A stretch of DNA of 64,000 nucleotides from Phyllobates terribilis (lineage: Eukaryota). The stretch is taken from assembly GCF_046119375.1 (NCBI RefSeq), contig NW_027362761.1, positions 72,912,001-72,976,000 on the forward strand, read 5' to 3'. This document shows positions 48,001-60,000 of the stretch, piece by piece. A model generated the notes under the pieces. That model was not told the origin of the DNA, searched no databases, and saw nothing but the letters and a program-made list of their open reading frames with translations. Position 1 is the first letter of the stretch; each line of letters opens with the position of its first letter. The translations under genes were made by a program, and so were the position numbers.

Positions 48001-51000
48001 AAGGAATCCTTGACCCTTGCTAGTTGGTCCTTGCAATGATTGAAAGAGTTGCCCATTATTAGCAGATCGTCCAGGTACGGGGTAATCAGAATGTTTTGCT
48101 CCCTCAGATGGGCCATTACCTCTGCCACTATTTTTGTGAAAACCCTTGGGGGCTATAGCTAGACCGAAGGGGAGGGCCATATACTGGTAGTGTTTGACTA
48201 TTCCTTTTAGCGATATTGCAACTCTCAGGATTTTCTCGTAGTCTCTGTGTATGGGGACGTGATAATAGGCGTCCTTCAGATCCAGGACAGCCATAAAACA
48301 GTCTGGGAACAACAATTTCACTGATGATTTTATTGACTCCATCTTGAAGGTTTGAACCCTCAGAAATTTGTTCAGTTTTTTCAGGTTTACAATTGTCCTG
48401 AAAGTCCCGATCGTTTTTTTTCCTTAGGAACAGAGGGGAGCAGAATCCTTCGCCCTTCTCCTGGGCAGGGACTTCTTGAAAGGCTGCTCTATCAGGCCTA
48501 GAATTTCTTGTTCTAGTGCTAATTGTTCTACCTCTGATGACCTCTTGGGGGATATAACAAAGTTCGGACGGGGAATGGAGTGAAACTGAAATTTTAGCCC
48601 TGCTTTTAATCATCAGGTCTAAAATCCAAGAGCTGTTTGATATTTTTTCCCAGGCTGCGACAAAATGAAGTCCCCCCCCCCCCCACAACTGGGGCCGACT
48701 CTCAATGGGCAGGTTTCCTGTTGTCACTGGGGGGCCTGTTAAACATAAATCCTTTGGCTTTTTTCTTCCTACCCTCCCACCTATCCTGGTCTTTGGTGGT
48801 GTGGGGGGGGTACTCCTGCGCATAAATTTTCTGCTCCGAAAGGACTTCCTGAATGAAGTAATAGAGGAACGGGAAACGTTTGTTATCCCCAGCCTTGTCG
48901 AGGATATCGTCCAGAGTAGGTCCAAATAGGAACTCACCCTCGCAAGGAATCGAATACAGCTTGGATTTTGTTTTGTCGTCACCCGGTCAGCACTTAAGCC
49001 AGAGGGCCCGCCTGGCTGGTTAGAGAAGCCCGCAGCTCTGGCTGCCAGCCTAACAGAATCGGCTGATGAGTCAGCCAAAAATGCTGCTGCGCCCTCCATT
49101 ACTGGGATGGAGCCTAGTATGTTATCCCTGGGTGTTTTGTTCTTAAGTTATGTCTTTAGTTTATCTAGCCAGACCATCAAAGATCGGGCTGTACATGTGG
49201 CTGCAACTGCAGGTTTTAACCCTCCCCCTGCGGCCTCCCAAGCCCCTTTTAGGAAGGTGTCAGCTTTTTTTGTCCATTGGGTCCTTTAGTACCCCCATGT
49301 CTTCAAATGGCAGGGAAAATTTCTTAGAGGCTTTAGCTATTGCCACCTCTAATTTTGGCACCTTTCCCCAGAATGAGCATACCAGGTCCTCAAAGGGGTA
49401 TTTCCTCTAAGGGGACAACAGGCCCTTTCTTTCTGGCTTTTTCCATTCCCTTTTAATCAGGGAGTGGACTTTGTCATAGAGAGGGAAAGATCTTTTCTTT
49501 TGTTCCAGGCCACTGAACATCATGTCCTGGACTGATTTCTTGAGGCGAGATCTACCAACCCCATAGTGGACCTACCTGCCTTAATTAAATTGTCCGTACC
49601 CTCTATAGGGAAACAGCTACGTCACCCTCTCCCAGAAGATGACGAGGACGAAGATAAGAAGGACGAATCTGAGTCTACCCCCTCGTCTGAACTGCTAGAT
49701 CCTGATACAGGGGATAGGTTCCTGGTTTTCCCCCCTGTTTCTTCCCCTCCTTCTGCAGGGACTTGAAGGTATCCTCAACCTGGGATTTAATCAGGGATCT
49801 GAGCTCTAAGGTGAACTTAGGGGTCTCCTTGCAAATTGTTTGTTCAATACATGAGTTGCAGAGTCTTTTTTCCCATGTGGTGGGCAGATCCTCTGCGCAA
49901 AGCACGTAGGTCCTGTGTTTGGACTTGCCCGTACTCTTCCTTCCCTGATGAGAGAAGAAAAAGGGGGGGGGTCCAAGTTACAAGGGAGCTTTCGCGAAGA
50001 ATCACTTACCATCCTGCTGTAAGAGGGAATACCGGATTTGGAGAGGAACCCGTTCCAGTAGATGGGCCTATCCTCATGGTTGACGTCACGCTGGAGTCCT
50101 TGCCACGTTGCGAAGACCTGCCAGATCGCCAGCTTCCACCGTCACCTTGGCCGTGCTGTTGTGAAGGGTCACTGGGGGGGTCCTTTCGCATGCTTCCCAT
50201 GTTGCGGTGGGGGTGGTGAGTGGGGGTGCAGGGACTGCAGCTCCTGTAGCTCCTGCTCGCTCATAGCCGGTGCCAGAGTATGCTAGGAAGCACTTCCCTG
50301 GTGCATAATCCGGCATTTAACCCCTATAGGCCTCCGCCCCCCACACCTGGCTTGCGATCCACATTCCCCATTGGGGAATATGGGTGTGCACCTTTCCAGC
50401 AAGGGGGACGCCCCCCCCCGACGCCCCCCCCCTCCCCCCACCACCTAACATCATCGCACCAGAGAAAAGCAGTTCCAGCCATCACATTAGGGTTGAGTTA
50501 ATTAAATGTTTGACCAAATGTAGCAGAATGAATTTAAAAGCCGATAATTTTGTATGACCTCCCGAGTGATGTTCTAAATATCAAAATGGCCCCTGGCAGA
50601 AAAATTGTTAACTCACCCGTGATATACCAACACCAAGTAGCAAGTATTTGTGAAGTGTAAAAGGAAATGATGGTTTTCTAATTATATCAAAAATAAAAAT
50701 CAGAAAATTGTGCCTTGCATTTGTATTTTGGCCCCTGTAGTCCAATACCTCTAAATATACTCACAAGTGACCAATTGCCTCCAGAAGTCACATAATTGGT
50801 AAATGGAGTCCACTCGTGTAATTTATTCTCAGTATAACTACAGCTTTTCTGCTGGCAAAAAGATGTGGGCTCAGGAACTGAGTCTGCATCAAAGACCATG
50901 AGCAGACATATGACATACCAGTAGATCATATGTCAGTAAGGGGTTAAGCATTTAGCAAGCAGCAAAAAGATGTTTTATTTCACCTAGTAAAGTCAGGAGA

Positions 51001-54000
51001 TAACTCTGGGGAGAAGATCCAGTTAGCTACAGCAGCACAATCTACAACCTGTGTTCGGATCATTTTATCCACGAGTACTGCAATCATCTGCAGAGAAAAG
51101 AAAAAGGAATTAAAATAAAAGCCTTTTTTTATGTATCTAAAAATTGTTCTAATGTTAAAACGGTCATGTTTAAAAGCTCACCTGAGGATGATTTTTCCAA
51201 ACATCATACACCACCCTCAAAATATGGAGCTTTCCTTCCTCGGTGTCAGACAGGACTTTAAATACATCATGAAACCTTTAAAAAAAAAAAAAAAAAAGAA
51301 ATGAAGGAAAAAATTCAAAAAAATAAAACCTTTAAAAAGAGAATCTGTCACCACATTTGACCTATCTAAAACAATTACTATGGACATACAGGCTATATAT
51401 AGACTGCTGAACAAAGTCATCCCTGTATGTCTCATATTAGATGTGTTGTGAGAAATCCTCTTTTTTTTCCCCCACTTTATATAAATTACCTCTTCCAGGC
51501 TATGGGGAGGACACTGCATTAATAGTTTAGATGGGTCAAATATGGTGACAGATACGCTTTAAAAAAATTTAATTATGCAGCAGATAGTTATCAAGTAAAA
51601 GTTGTAAATCTATGCAACAATGTGGTGCTCAATTTACTTACTTTGCAAGTGCACTAAATGAATGGCTAAAAGATTTTGAAGCCAAATTGAGCAAGGACTG
51701 AACAAACACCTCTATTTTCAGTGGGTTAAAGCTCATCCCTTCATCTAAAAAGGAAGCAAAACATGTAAATTGTGATTACCCAGCGAGAAGCTAAAATGGT
51801 GCTAGAAAATGATATGATCATATTTTATTTAAAAACTCAAAAAAGAAGATATGTTACCATCATCATCATCTTGGTTAGTGTTTTGCACATCTTTTAACAT
51901 ACTAAAAATATCTTCACTAATGGCCTTATTTTTTATGGCATTGGTCAAGTTAATAGCAACAGCATATCCAGGAAGAGCACCTAAAGTGGAAACAAAATGC
52001 ACACATTAAAAAGGGAGTCAATGAAAATGTATTAATTTATGACAATTTACTTAAAATGTTGGCTCAATTCTTCTAGGGTATATTTTTCTAGACTTTCAAC
52101 ATACTGAAATCGCAATAAGATATCAGATTTTTATTTTTTATTTTTTTTTTTTTAAAAAAAAACACATAAGGATTTTGTTAACTATGGGCATTTACACATT
52201 CTTGTTCATTACAGGGTGTGACAACATGGCTTTTAATCTTAAAGAAGTTGTCCACTACTATAGAACATGCCCCCCATCGATGTAAAACAGTGGAAATAAG
52301 ACTTTTGGCAAATACCTTGCACTGTCAATATTGCCCGTGAGCGGCGCTCCTCGCTGACTGATGGGCTGCGTCACAGCCCAGTATCCACAGTGTGCTTTCC
52401 CAATGAATGCAGGAGAGGAAAAGCGCACTGTGGATGCTGGGTGTGATGCGCGGGGAAACCTCGTCTACAGCCCACCAATCAGCGGGGAACGCATCGCTGT
52501 GACGCCCGACGATGTGACATCGGATTCCAGAGGAGACTGCAGTCGGGGGTCACGTGATGCCTGTGAGTGGTCAGTGATAGCGCCACTCAGGCAGTATTGA
52601 CAGTGCAACGTATTTGCTAAAAGTCTTATTTCCACCGTTTACATCGATGGGGGGGGCCTGTTCTATAGTAGTGGTTGGGACACACCTTCTCATTACTGTA
52701 TTTTCATGACTATAAAAATTGTACATTCACACTGAAGGCATCAAAACTATGAATTAACACATGTGGAATTATATACTTAACAAAAAAGTGTGAAACAACT
52801 GAAAATATGTCTGATATTCTTGGTTCTTCAAAGTAGCCACCTTTTGCTTTGATGACTGCTTTGCACACTCTTGGCATTCTCTTGATGAGCTTCAAGAGGT
52901 AGTCACCGGAAATGGTTTTCACTTCACAGGTGTGCCCTGTCAGGTTTAATAAGTGGGATTTCTTGCCTTATAAGTGGGGTTGGGACCATCAGTTGTGTTG
53001 TGCAGAAGTCTGGTGGATACACAGCTGATAGTCCTACTGAATAGACTGCTAGAATTTGCATTATGGCAAGAAAAAAGCAGCTAAGTAAAGAAAAACGAGT
53101 GTCCATCATTACTTTAAGAAATGAAGGTCAGTCAGTGTGAAAAATTGTGAAAACTTTGAAAGTGTCCCCAAGTGCAGTTGCAAAAACTATCAAGCGCTAC
53201 AAAGAAACTGGCTCACATGAGGACCGCCCCAGGAAAGGAAGACCAAGAGTCACCTCTGCTTCTGAGGATAAGTTTAGCCGAGTCACCAGCCTCAGAAATC
53301 GCAGGTTAACAGCAGCTCAGATTAGAGACCAGGTCAATGCCACACAGAGTTCTAGCAGCAGACACATCTCCTCAACAACTGTTAAGAGGAGACTTTGTGC
53401 AGCAGGCCTTCATGGTAAAATAGCTGCTAGGAAACCACTGCCAAGGACAGGCAACAAGCAGAAGAGACTTGTTTGGGATAAAGAACACAAGGAATGGACA
53501 TTAGACCAGTGGAAATCTGTGCTTTGGTCTGATGAGTCCAAATTTGAGATCTTTGGTTCCAACCACCGTGTCTTTGTGCGACGCAGAAAGGGTGAACGGA
53601 TGGACTCTACATGCCTGGTTCCCACCCTGAAGCATGGAGGAGGAGGTGTGATGGTGTGGGGGTGCTTTGCTGGTGACACTGTTGGGGATTTATTCAAAAT
53701 TGAAGGCATACTGAACCAGCATGGCTACCACAGCATCTTGCAGCGGCATGCTATTCCATCCGGTTTGCGTTTAGTTGGACCATCATTTATTTTTCAACAG
53801 GACAATGACCCCAAACACACCTCCAGGCTGTATAAGGGCTATTTGACCAAGAACTCCTTCAAGATTGTTGGAAGACCATTTCCGGTGACTACCTCTTGAA
53901 GCTCATCAAGAGAATGCCAAGAGTGTGCAAAGCAGTCATCAAAGCAAAAGGTGGCTACTTTGAAGAACCTAGAATATAAGACATATTTTCAGTTGTTTCA

Positions 54001-57000
54001 CACTTTTTTGTTAAGTATATAATTTCACATGTGTTAATTCATAGTTTTGATGCCTTCAGTGTGAATGTACAATTGTCATAGTCATGAAAATACAGAAAAA
54101 TCTTTAAATGAGAAGGTGTGGCCAAACTTTTGGTCTGTACTGTATATATATTTTTCACACAGCGTGCCAGAGCCCAGAAGAGCAAATACTGGCGTCCTCT
54201 GCTGTGTTTTAAGGCACTGGGAGTCCCTCCCATAGTGCCTGTAGTGACCCGGCCACCCCCCCCCCCCCCCTTCCTCCCCCGTCCTGTGGGGGGACGCCCG
54301 CGCCGACTGGCTACCCAGTCATGCATTGCGGCGCCGCGTCATCCGTCACCTCCGCAACCAGGGGGGTCCAGCACAGTCCTGGCGGCCTCCTCTTCGTCCA
54401 GACCCCCCTCCGCACACCCTAAAGGCCCACTGACCTCAGCGGTGGCGCATCAGGACACCGCACTAGCCGAGGCAGGGGGACCCCCGCTGCCTGGATCGGA
54501 CTGGCATCCCTCGACGTCCATCTTCTGGCACCCCGCAGGTATGCCTCCTCCAGACTGTAGGGTCCCGTCAAGGACAGGAAACCAACTGATGCGGGAGAGA
54601 GGCACCGCCCTTTTATCTGTAGGTTTCCTGTCCTTGAAGGGCGGATCCCCTCTCTCCGTGGTGCAGTCATGGGGGAAGGAGAAAAATCTTTAAATGAGAA
54701 GGTGTGTCTGGTCTGTACTAATTATATATATATATATTTTACTGCAATGTTGCGTCGACAAAATAAACGTAATTCTGGCATTTAGAATTTTTTTCTCGTT
54801 ACGCCGTTTACCAATCGGATTAATTCTTTTTTTCATATTGATAGATCGGGCGATTCTGAACACGGCGATACCAAATGTGTATGTGGGGTTTATTTTTATT
54901 TTTTATTATTTTCCTTTTGAATGGGGCAAAAGGGGGGGGGGGGGGGGTGATTTAAATATAATATATATATAATTTTTTTTTTTTTTTTTTTTTAACACTT
55001 TGCTTGCTTCTATAGTCTCCATAGGAGACTAGAAACAGCAACTGTCCGATCGCCTCTGCTACATAGAGGCGATGAGCAGATCACCTCTGTGTAGCAGAAA
55101 TGCTCCTGTGCTATGAGCGCCGACCACTAGGTGGCACTCATAGCAATCTTTACATCACAACCACTTGGGTCTGCTGCAGACCCAGGGTTGTCATGCCCAC
55201 CCATCAGTGACCCGCAATCACGTGACGGGGTCACTGATGGGAGGGGTAAGTGACAAGCTTCCGGCGCGGCGCTGTTAAATGCCGCTGTCAGAGATTGACA
55301 GCGGCATTTAACTAGTTAGCAGCCGCGGGTGGATCGCTATGTAATAATCAGCTGACATGTGCCCGGTTCAGTGCGGGCTCAGCGCCGGCCTTTCCGACGT
55401 GGTGCGTACTATTACTGACCACATCGGAAAGGGGTTAAATGAAAAAACCCTGTCTCCAGGCAAAAAGTGGACAATTTTGATCTTATTTTATTTATGGCAG
55501 ATACAAAGCATCATCCAAAAACGCCAACTTACTGCTGCTTTCATCACCATATTTGAATACGCATTTTGGCTCAGCTGGGTATAATGCAGAAAATGATGAG
55601 GGAACAATATCCAATATTCGTTGGTGGTAAGAAAGTCTGAAATAAAAACAGACTGGTAAACATATATTAAAAGGCAAAGTTCACACATTTTATGCAGTAG
55701 AAAAGTGTGGCATACATACATGTGTGTTTTATTTCTAAGTATGTAAGAGGCAGAACATTATTTCTTGAGCTTGATGCAGCTTTCTTTCATTAGTCAACAC
55801 TTACATGCAGTAATATTCACACTGCTCATGATCATTAGACCATTCAGTAACAGTATCATTGCCCAGGGTGATAACTAGACCAAGGTAAACTCATATTTAC
55901 AGCAGTGGGTAGAGGGGAGGCTAAACATGCACTTTACAATATAAGAAGGTTGTTTCAACTAAACAACCTCTCCTTAATAAAAGGCCAAAATAGGTTATAT
56001 GGACTTCATAAAAAGGGTAGGCCGTTCCTTGGCAAAGAGCAAATGGGAATTAACATTGCACCATTGTCAGCAACCAGGACGGATTGCCTTAGGAGTAGGG
56101 GTTGTTCAGTTGACTGAAATATGAAACACGCAAATGTAATATTCCAAAAAGTAAAAGATTTTATCAACAGGCGATAGAACATTCACTACCTCATGCATTT
56201 TTCCAAGACTTCCCGAACAAACTGGGGTTTAGGTCTATTCAAGTCCTGTGAAAGGCAATCAGACCTGAAATATAAAGAGATAGTAGTAATTATCTTGTTT
56301 TGGAAAGTAGACGATACAAGTTTCTGCTAAAAAAACAAAAAAAACAAACAACCTCTGTAAAGTCTGCATGACAGATTGTGTAAAACATTGATCAAACCAT
56401 CTAAACTTCCTGCTGTGCTCACTATATAATCAGCTCTTCTTCAAATTATTTGTATTAATTTTTAAAGGGAAGGGTTACAATACACACACACACGGAAATA
56501 TAGATATATAATTTCTATGTAACAAGAAAAATGGGAGGAAAAGGGAAGGGATAAACAGAATGTAGAGAAAAGGGACAAAGGAACATAAATAAAAACATAT
56601 ACATAAAAGGTCAACTGAACCAATTGCACCTTGCAATACAATATTTGCAGAGAAAAGAACATTAGTCTATTCAATCATAAATGAATGGTATAGATTTCCG
56701 TTATACAAATTTTAATCATATCTTTTGCTTTTAAGGACTCCTATTTATGAGGATATATCGAGTTCCATATGAACATTTCAAGTCATATGTTGAGAGTGTG
56801 TTATTTCTGATTGCATACGTATATTCAAACATTATTGTTCATAATTCTGTCTATAACTTCTGTAATTGAGGGAATACACGTTTGTTTTCATTTAGACAAT
56901 AACAGCTTTGTTACCAAGAAAATTTGTATTATAGATCTTACTTTAAGTGGAAAATCATATATTCCCAGGGATAGAATGGCTAATTGAGGAGTAGGTGGAA

Positions 57001-60000
57001 TATCTATGTTGCATATTTTATCAACCCAAAAACCTCTGTTCAAAGAGAAAAGATTAATGAAGTCCCATAGTATATGTAAAAGAGGACCTTTTTGGCTACA
57101 TTCTCTCCAACATAATTCAGATTGGGAAATATTCTATCAATGAAGTTTTGCTGGGGTATAATACCATTTTGTCATGGTTTTACAATATGATTCGTGACTA
57201 TATAATCAGCTCTTGAAGGGATAGATCACCAGCCATGATTTGGTTAAAGTGCAACTGTGCTTTCAAGAAACTTTTCAGACTAAACGGTACCACGTGACAG
57301 TAAAACTATATCTAGCCATTATATGACGGGTGTCCTGAATTTTCCCTCTGATCGCTCTATTTATAATTTGCAATCCACTCTGAGCTGGTGGGAGGAGACT
57401 AGCTGCTAGGATTGCAGACATACACAGGTAACAAAGGAGACATGCAACAGAGACACAAAGGAAAAGCAGAACGGATGTCTATACGGGGCTGAGGCAACAA
57501 GATTTCAAGGGAGCTTTTTAACAAATCTATTTCTCTTGTATTGGGGGAGGGGAGGTCTCATATGGCGGGGGAGGTCTGGTAAGTGGGGAAAGAAACAGAT
57601 TACTCTGATAAGATACTTTACAGAAGTTTCTTAAAAATCAGACCGGACTAGGACTATTGATTTATGCAACGTTTGTTGAAAATACAGTTCCCATTTAAGC
57701 ACTTACCAATCTTCCCAATTCCATCTGAATTGAAAGTTACTCAGGTGGTGAGAAAACCAATTTATGAACCTGGAGGCAAAGTAAAAAAAAAAAAAAAAGA
57801 TTAACAAAATATCAAAATAGTAAGAATGCACACTTAAAATGAGTTGTCAAAGGTCATCAAATAGCAGATAAGTGGTGGTGTGACACCCGGCACTCCCATC
57901 GACCAGTTGTTCCCGATGCTAGCAGCAGCCGGATGTTATGAGCTGCACAGAACAGCTCTATCAACTGTATAGTAGGAGCAGCTACTGCACATCTGCCCCT
58001 ATTCTAATTAATGATCTGCAGTACCCCACTGAGACCACTATACAGTTGTGCTGTTCCACAGCTGATAACATCCAGCCGCACCAGAAACAGCTGACTGGCA
58101 CAGGTGGGGGGTATGGCACACCCCCGCCTATGGATATTGAGGACTTATCCTAGGGCAGGGTTACACTAGCATATAAATTGGATAAGTACTATCAGATAGC
58201 ACTCGGACCAATGTTATTCAATGGAGCAGTGCTGATGACAGATTTTTTTTTTTTCCTTTTCAGACAGAATCTGTCTGTGAGAAAAAACCAAAAACCACAG
58301 TATGCTGCAATTTCACTCTGAAATCTTAAGAGACTCACTCATTGAAGTCTATGGGTGTGTAGAAAACATCAAACTGCTCTCAGATGACATCGGAGTCAGA
58401 TTTCTGCAAACTCACACAATGGAGAAGATGAAGAAATGTTGTGCTCCATCTGCTCCTCACACTGTGGTACATTTCTCTCATCTAAGAGAATCCGATCACG
58501 CTATGCTGATATTCTGAGCAAACTCAAATCAAAGTTTGATCGGAGTGTGCTTTGAGACCAGATTCTCTCGGAGAGAATCTACGGTCATGTAACCCTGGTC
58601 TATGGAGTGGACAACCCTTTGTAGGAAAGCAGAAGGTAAAGTCTTGGGTAGGAGATCGTGGCTTGTGAAAGCATTCACCCCTCTGGCATTTTTTGTGTTT
58701 TGCTACCTCACAACCTGGAATTTCACTGTTTTAGGGTTTGCATCAGTTCAAGTAAAGAACATGCCTATAACTGAACATTTGGTTTTCTTTTTATTGTGAA
58801 GCAAACAAAATAACTGAAAACTTCAGTGTGCATAAGTATTCACCCCCCTAAAGTCAGTACTTTCTAGAGCCTTCTTTTGTGGCAATTACAGCTGCAAGTC
58901 GCTTTGGATAAGTCTCTATGAGCTTGCCATATCTTCCACTGGGGGATTTTTGCCCATTCATCAAGGCAAAACTGCTCCAGCTCCTTAAAGTTAGATGGTT
59001 TCCTCTGGTGAACAACAATGTTCAAGTCGGACCACAGATTCTCAATTGGATTAAGGTATGGGCTTTGACTAGGCCACGCCAAAACATTTACACGTTTCCC
59101 CTTAAAACCACTCGAGTGTTGCTTTAGTCGTTTGCTTTGGGTCATTGTCTCATTGGAAGGTGAACCTCCATCCCAGTCTCAAATCACTGACAGACTGAAG
59201 CAGGTTTTGCTCAAGAATATCCCTGTATTTCGCACCATCCATCTACCCCTTGACACGGACCATTTTCTCTGTCCCCGCTGCTGAAAAACATCCTCACAGC
59301 ATGATGCTGCCACCACCATTTTTCACTGTGGGGATGTTGTTCTTAGGGTGAAGAGTGGGGTAAGTTTGGTGCCATAGCGTTTACCTTGGTGCCCAAAAAG
59401 TTCAATTTTGGTCTCATCTGCCCACATCACTTCCTCCATATATTTGGGGATTCTCCCACATCTTTTGACAAACTGAAAACTAGCCTTATAATTTGTGTAA
59501 GTAAAGGCTTTGTTCTGCCCACTCTTCCATAAAGGCCACCTCTATGGAGTGTATGGCTTATTGTGGTCGTATGGACAGATACTCCAGTCTCTGCTTGGGA
59601 AATCTGCAGTTCCTTCAGGGTTACCTTTGGCCTCTGTGCTGCCTCTCTGATTAATGCCCTCCTTGCCTGGGCTGAGAGTTTTAGTGGGCGACCCTCTCTT
59701 GGCAGGTTTGTTTTGTTGTGGCACCATGCTCTTTCTATTTGAAGATAATGGATTTGATGACGCACCGGGGGATCAACAGACATTGGGATATATATAATTT
59801 TTTTTTTTTTTTTTTAAAGAACCCATCCCTGACTTGTTTGGAGATCTCCTTGGTCTTCATGGTGTTGTTTGGTCAGTGGTGCCTCTTGCTTAATGGTGTT
59901 GCAGCCTCTGTGGCCTTTCAGTAAAGGTGTGTATATACTGACAGACCATGTGACACCTAGATTGCACACAGGTGGACTTCCTTTCACTATGCATGTTACA

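Larger units (their letters stand above)
45041..50460 (-). mobile_element. DIRS1-group tyrosine-recombinase retrotransposon, 5'-truncated, in an ncbp1 intron (same orientation as the gene)
   Basis: gag ([13 protein letters not shown]), RT ([21 protein letters not shown]), RNase H (TTDAS, ELLAV, SDN), MT (DLFA..AFPP), YR ([20 protein letters not shown]); 3' ITR and ICR present. Confidence 0.93.

Noticed and set aside
49061-49960. Other CTGATGA heptamers (about 49064 and 49946) as hammerhead cores
   Set aside because: No stem II hairpin followed by GAAA; they lie inside DIRS gag.
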